Positions 61,870 through 64,000 of a stretch of DNA of 64,000 nt are shown one piece after another. The notes under the pieces were generated by a model, which worked only from the letters and a program-made list of their open reading frames with translations, was not told where the DNA came from and ran no database searches. A program made the translations under genes and the position numbers. This DNA comes from Marsupella aquatica (taxonomy: Eukaryota > Plantae > Marchantiophyta). Location: positions 6,962,232-7,026,231 of the forward strand of contig OZ316896.1 of the NCBI GenBank assembly GCA_973895155.1, given 5' to 3'. Numbering within the stretch: the first letter of the stretch is position 1; each line of letters starts with the position of its first letter.

Positions 61870-64000
61870 CTAGTCCCCTATTTGTAACGGAATTAAACTC
61901 CTCACTTCCCCAACAGTCAGAATCGGCTGTTTTACAAGGTCGTCCTTCTCCAGAATGAGTGAAAACTTGTTTAAATACACCCACAGAAGATGTTTACAAG
62001 ACATGTATGGTTTCCCTCGTGTATGCCTCTTATAAAAGTCTTCACAAGAACACGAAGGGAAACAACAGATTTGCACCCAATATGTGTGCGGAACTTGTGA
62101 ATCAGTCTCGTGAGTGGTGATCAAGTATCTCCAACCCCATCCATTTCCGGTAGTTACCTTCTCATTTCCGACAACTCTCATGTGTTCTTGTGTAGTGGAA
62201 ACGATGCGCTTGAGCAACTCTGGAGTATTGCTGAAACGCTATCGTGCACCCTTACCATTTCGGGTTTTCAACCGACGGTCCACATTAGTTAGATCGATTC
62301 GTTCGGGGAATGAGTTAACATCAATTCGTAGGTTGACCCGATTGGGGGACGGGAACTCTCCAACTTGATTTGCATCCACATAGGAGAGTCCACTGATCTG
62401 GAATCCTAATCCCAGCAGAAACTCTATCTCGGGATGGGAGAGGCAAGTCCCACGCTGAACCTTGAGCGACTCGGGTGGGGGGGTAGTTGAGCTAGAGTTC
62501 TGCGTCCTCGGCTCTTGTGACACTTATTGTTAGGATAGAAGTACAACAACTGGCAATGTGGAGACGATAATCGCAACCTGTGAATGGCGACTCCAACAAT
62601 TCCCCCTTGTGCGGACTTACATCCAGTCTCCTTGATGAGATTTCTACATTCATCTCTTCCAAAAACGCTTCGGTCAACCGACCCGTTGCAAACAGGTCCA
62701 GCACCTCTACCGCTCCGCCTGAGATGCCAGGTCCCATAAGGAACATCAACCTCTCGGATGGAAGGGATCCTTTGGGGGGCATCCCGATGGTCATCCCCGA
62801 CATCACACGAAGGTTGAGTCCCCATCTTCTCGGTATCATTGACATTACGACTTGCATCATCACCATCGTCATCTGAAATATGGATAACTCCAGCAGAACA
62901 ACCTCCGACAGGGGTTGCCGAAGTTGTATTATTTGCTATTTCTAGGTCCGCAGAAGTCTCCGAAACATTGACGAAGTGAAATTCAGGATAGAGATTACGC
63001 CTTTTTAGTCCTGAAGGAGAAGCTGTTGTGCGTGACACCTTGTCATGTCTGTGGGAGTCATTCTCGTGGATTACAACTGAAGCTTTCCCTTTCCTCTTTG
63101 TGGATGTTGTTCGGAGATCGCCATGTAATGGAACTGTTCTATAGAATTCATACTTAGCTGAAGACTCAAGCAAAAGATTTGCTGCCTTTTCGTAAGCATC
63201 CATGGATCCCATAGCATCGGCGTTCCTATATGCTAATTCAAAAATGGTCGGCCCCTGGCCTCTGTGAACACCTTCACTGTAGGCAGTAAAAGTAGCAATT
63301 TGCCCCGCAGCACGATTCTGGTCCACCTCACATGCTTCAATCAATCCCACTAATTTCTTCATTTGGCAGGATCTCATGGATGCATGGACTGATTCCGCTC
63401 CAGTACAATTTGGCATCAAGGCTGACTCCATTGCGGTTTGCGTCTGCAAAAAAGTAGTCCACAGTCAGACCTGATATGCTAGCGAGGTCGCTAGCAAAAA
63501 CAATGACGTCAAATAGAAATGAAATTGGACACTTACAACGCGGATGAAGTTCCCCCACTGCCTCCACCTCACGACCCACCAAGATAACCATCCTTGGAGA
63601 GATTTCAATTTCCCAGCATAGCAGTTTCCTTCCTTCCACCAACGATGGATTTCGTCAACAACACGGTAGGCCTGAACATATGTTGGTGTTGTTCTCAGCC
63701 TTTCCCACAGTTTATAGTGCTCTCGATGGTGATCTTCTCGAATACCCTCCAATGTGTGACGACGAAGAGATTGAGCAAAGTGAAAGGCGTCACTGTGCTC
63801 CTTCTGTGGGTGACGGACACCTCCAAAAAAACATTCTGAATGGCGATCCATCCAGCCTCGGCATTATCGGCAATAAATCCTCCAATGAGTGGGTCATGCA
63901 CGTCATGATCAGAGGCAACTTCAATCATATATCTCCATGCGGTTTCAAGAGATAAGGAGTCCTCCGCACGGAGCTCACAAGTGAAGATGGTACAAAGGGA
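61870..64000 (-). mobile_element. MULE-like transposase with a C-terminal SWIM finger (5' part beyond the window)
   Basis: GFIADNAEAGW (second D), DAFHFAQSLRRH, TGAESVHAS (E) and SWIM CSCEDF...CKHLLWV. Frameshifts and a probable intron near 63446-63540. Confidence 0.8.

Noticed and set aside
1-64000. tRNA or rRNA genes
   Set aside because: None recognised by eye. tRNAscan-SE or Infernal would be needed to exclude them.

Overview
Eukaryotic land-plant genomic DNA, most likely a bryophyte or other seedless plant (inference from the gene and TE types). There are three intron-containing host genes: a plant cryptochrome (+, 9.3-12.7 kb), a chloroplast UGP3-like UDP-glucose pyrophosphorylase (+, 40.1-47.2 kb) and a kelch-repeat ACBP4-like gene (-, 58.4-49.3 kb). 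They are separated by nested, decayed transposons: a CACTA end, an L1 LINE, four copies of an RTE-X-like LINE with a (TTTGAC)n tail, two MULE families and several Ty3/Gypsy remnants. The standout signal is mostly invisible in the ORF track because of stops and frameshifts: a DNMT3-like cytosine-5 DNA methyltransferase domain (motifs II-X) inside a Ty3/Gypsy element, directly upstream of the reverse transcriptase and apparently in the same polyprotein (16.5-18.4 kb). A second, diverged MTase copy (motifs I-IV) lies at 5.7-6.0 kb, and an inverted sister copy at 22.1-24.3 kb shows the gag that was deleted from the first. A 4.7-kb TG...CA insertion with a 5-bp TSD splits a MULE transposase; it looks like a giant solo LTR yet carries a long coiled-coil ORF. 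All translations outside the supplied ORF track were done by eye and no database searches were run.
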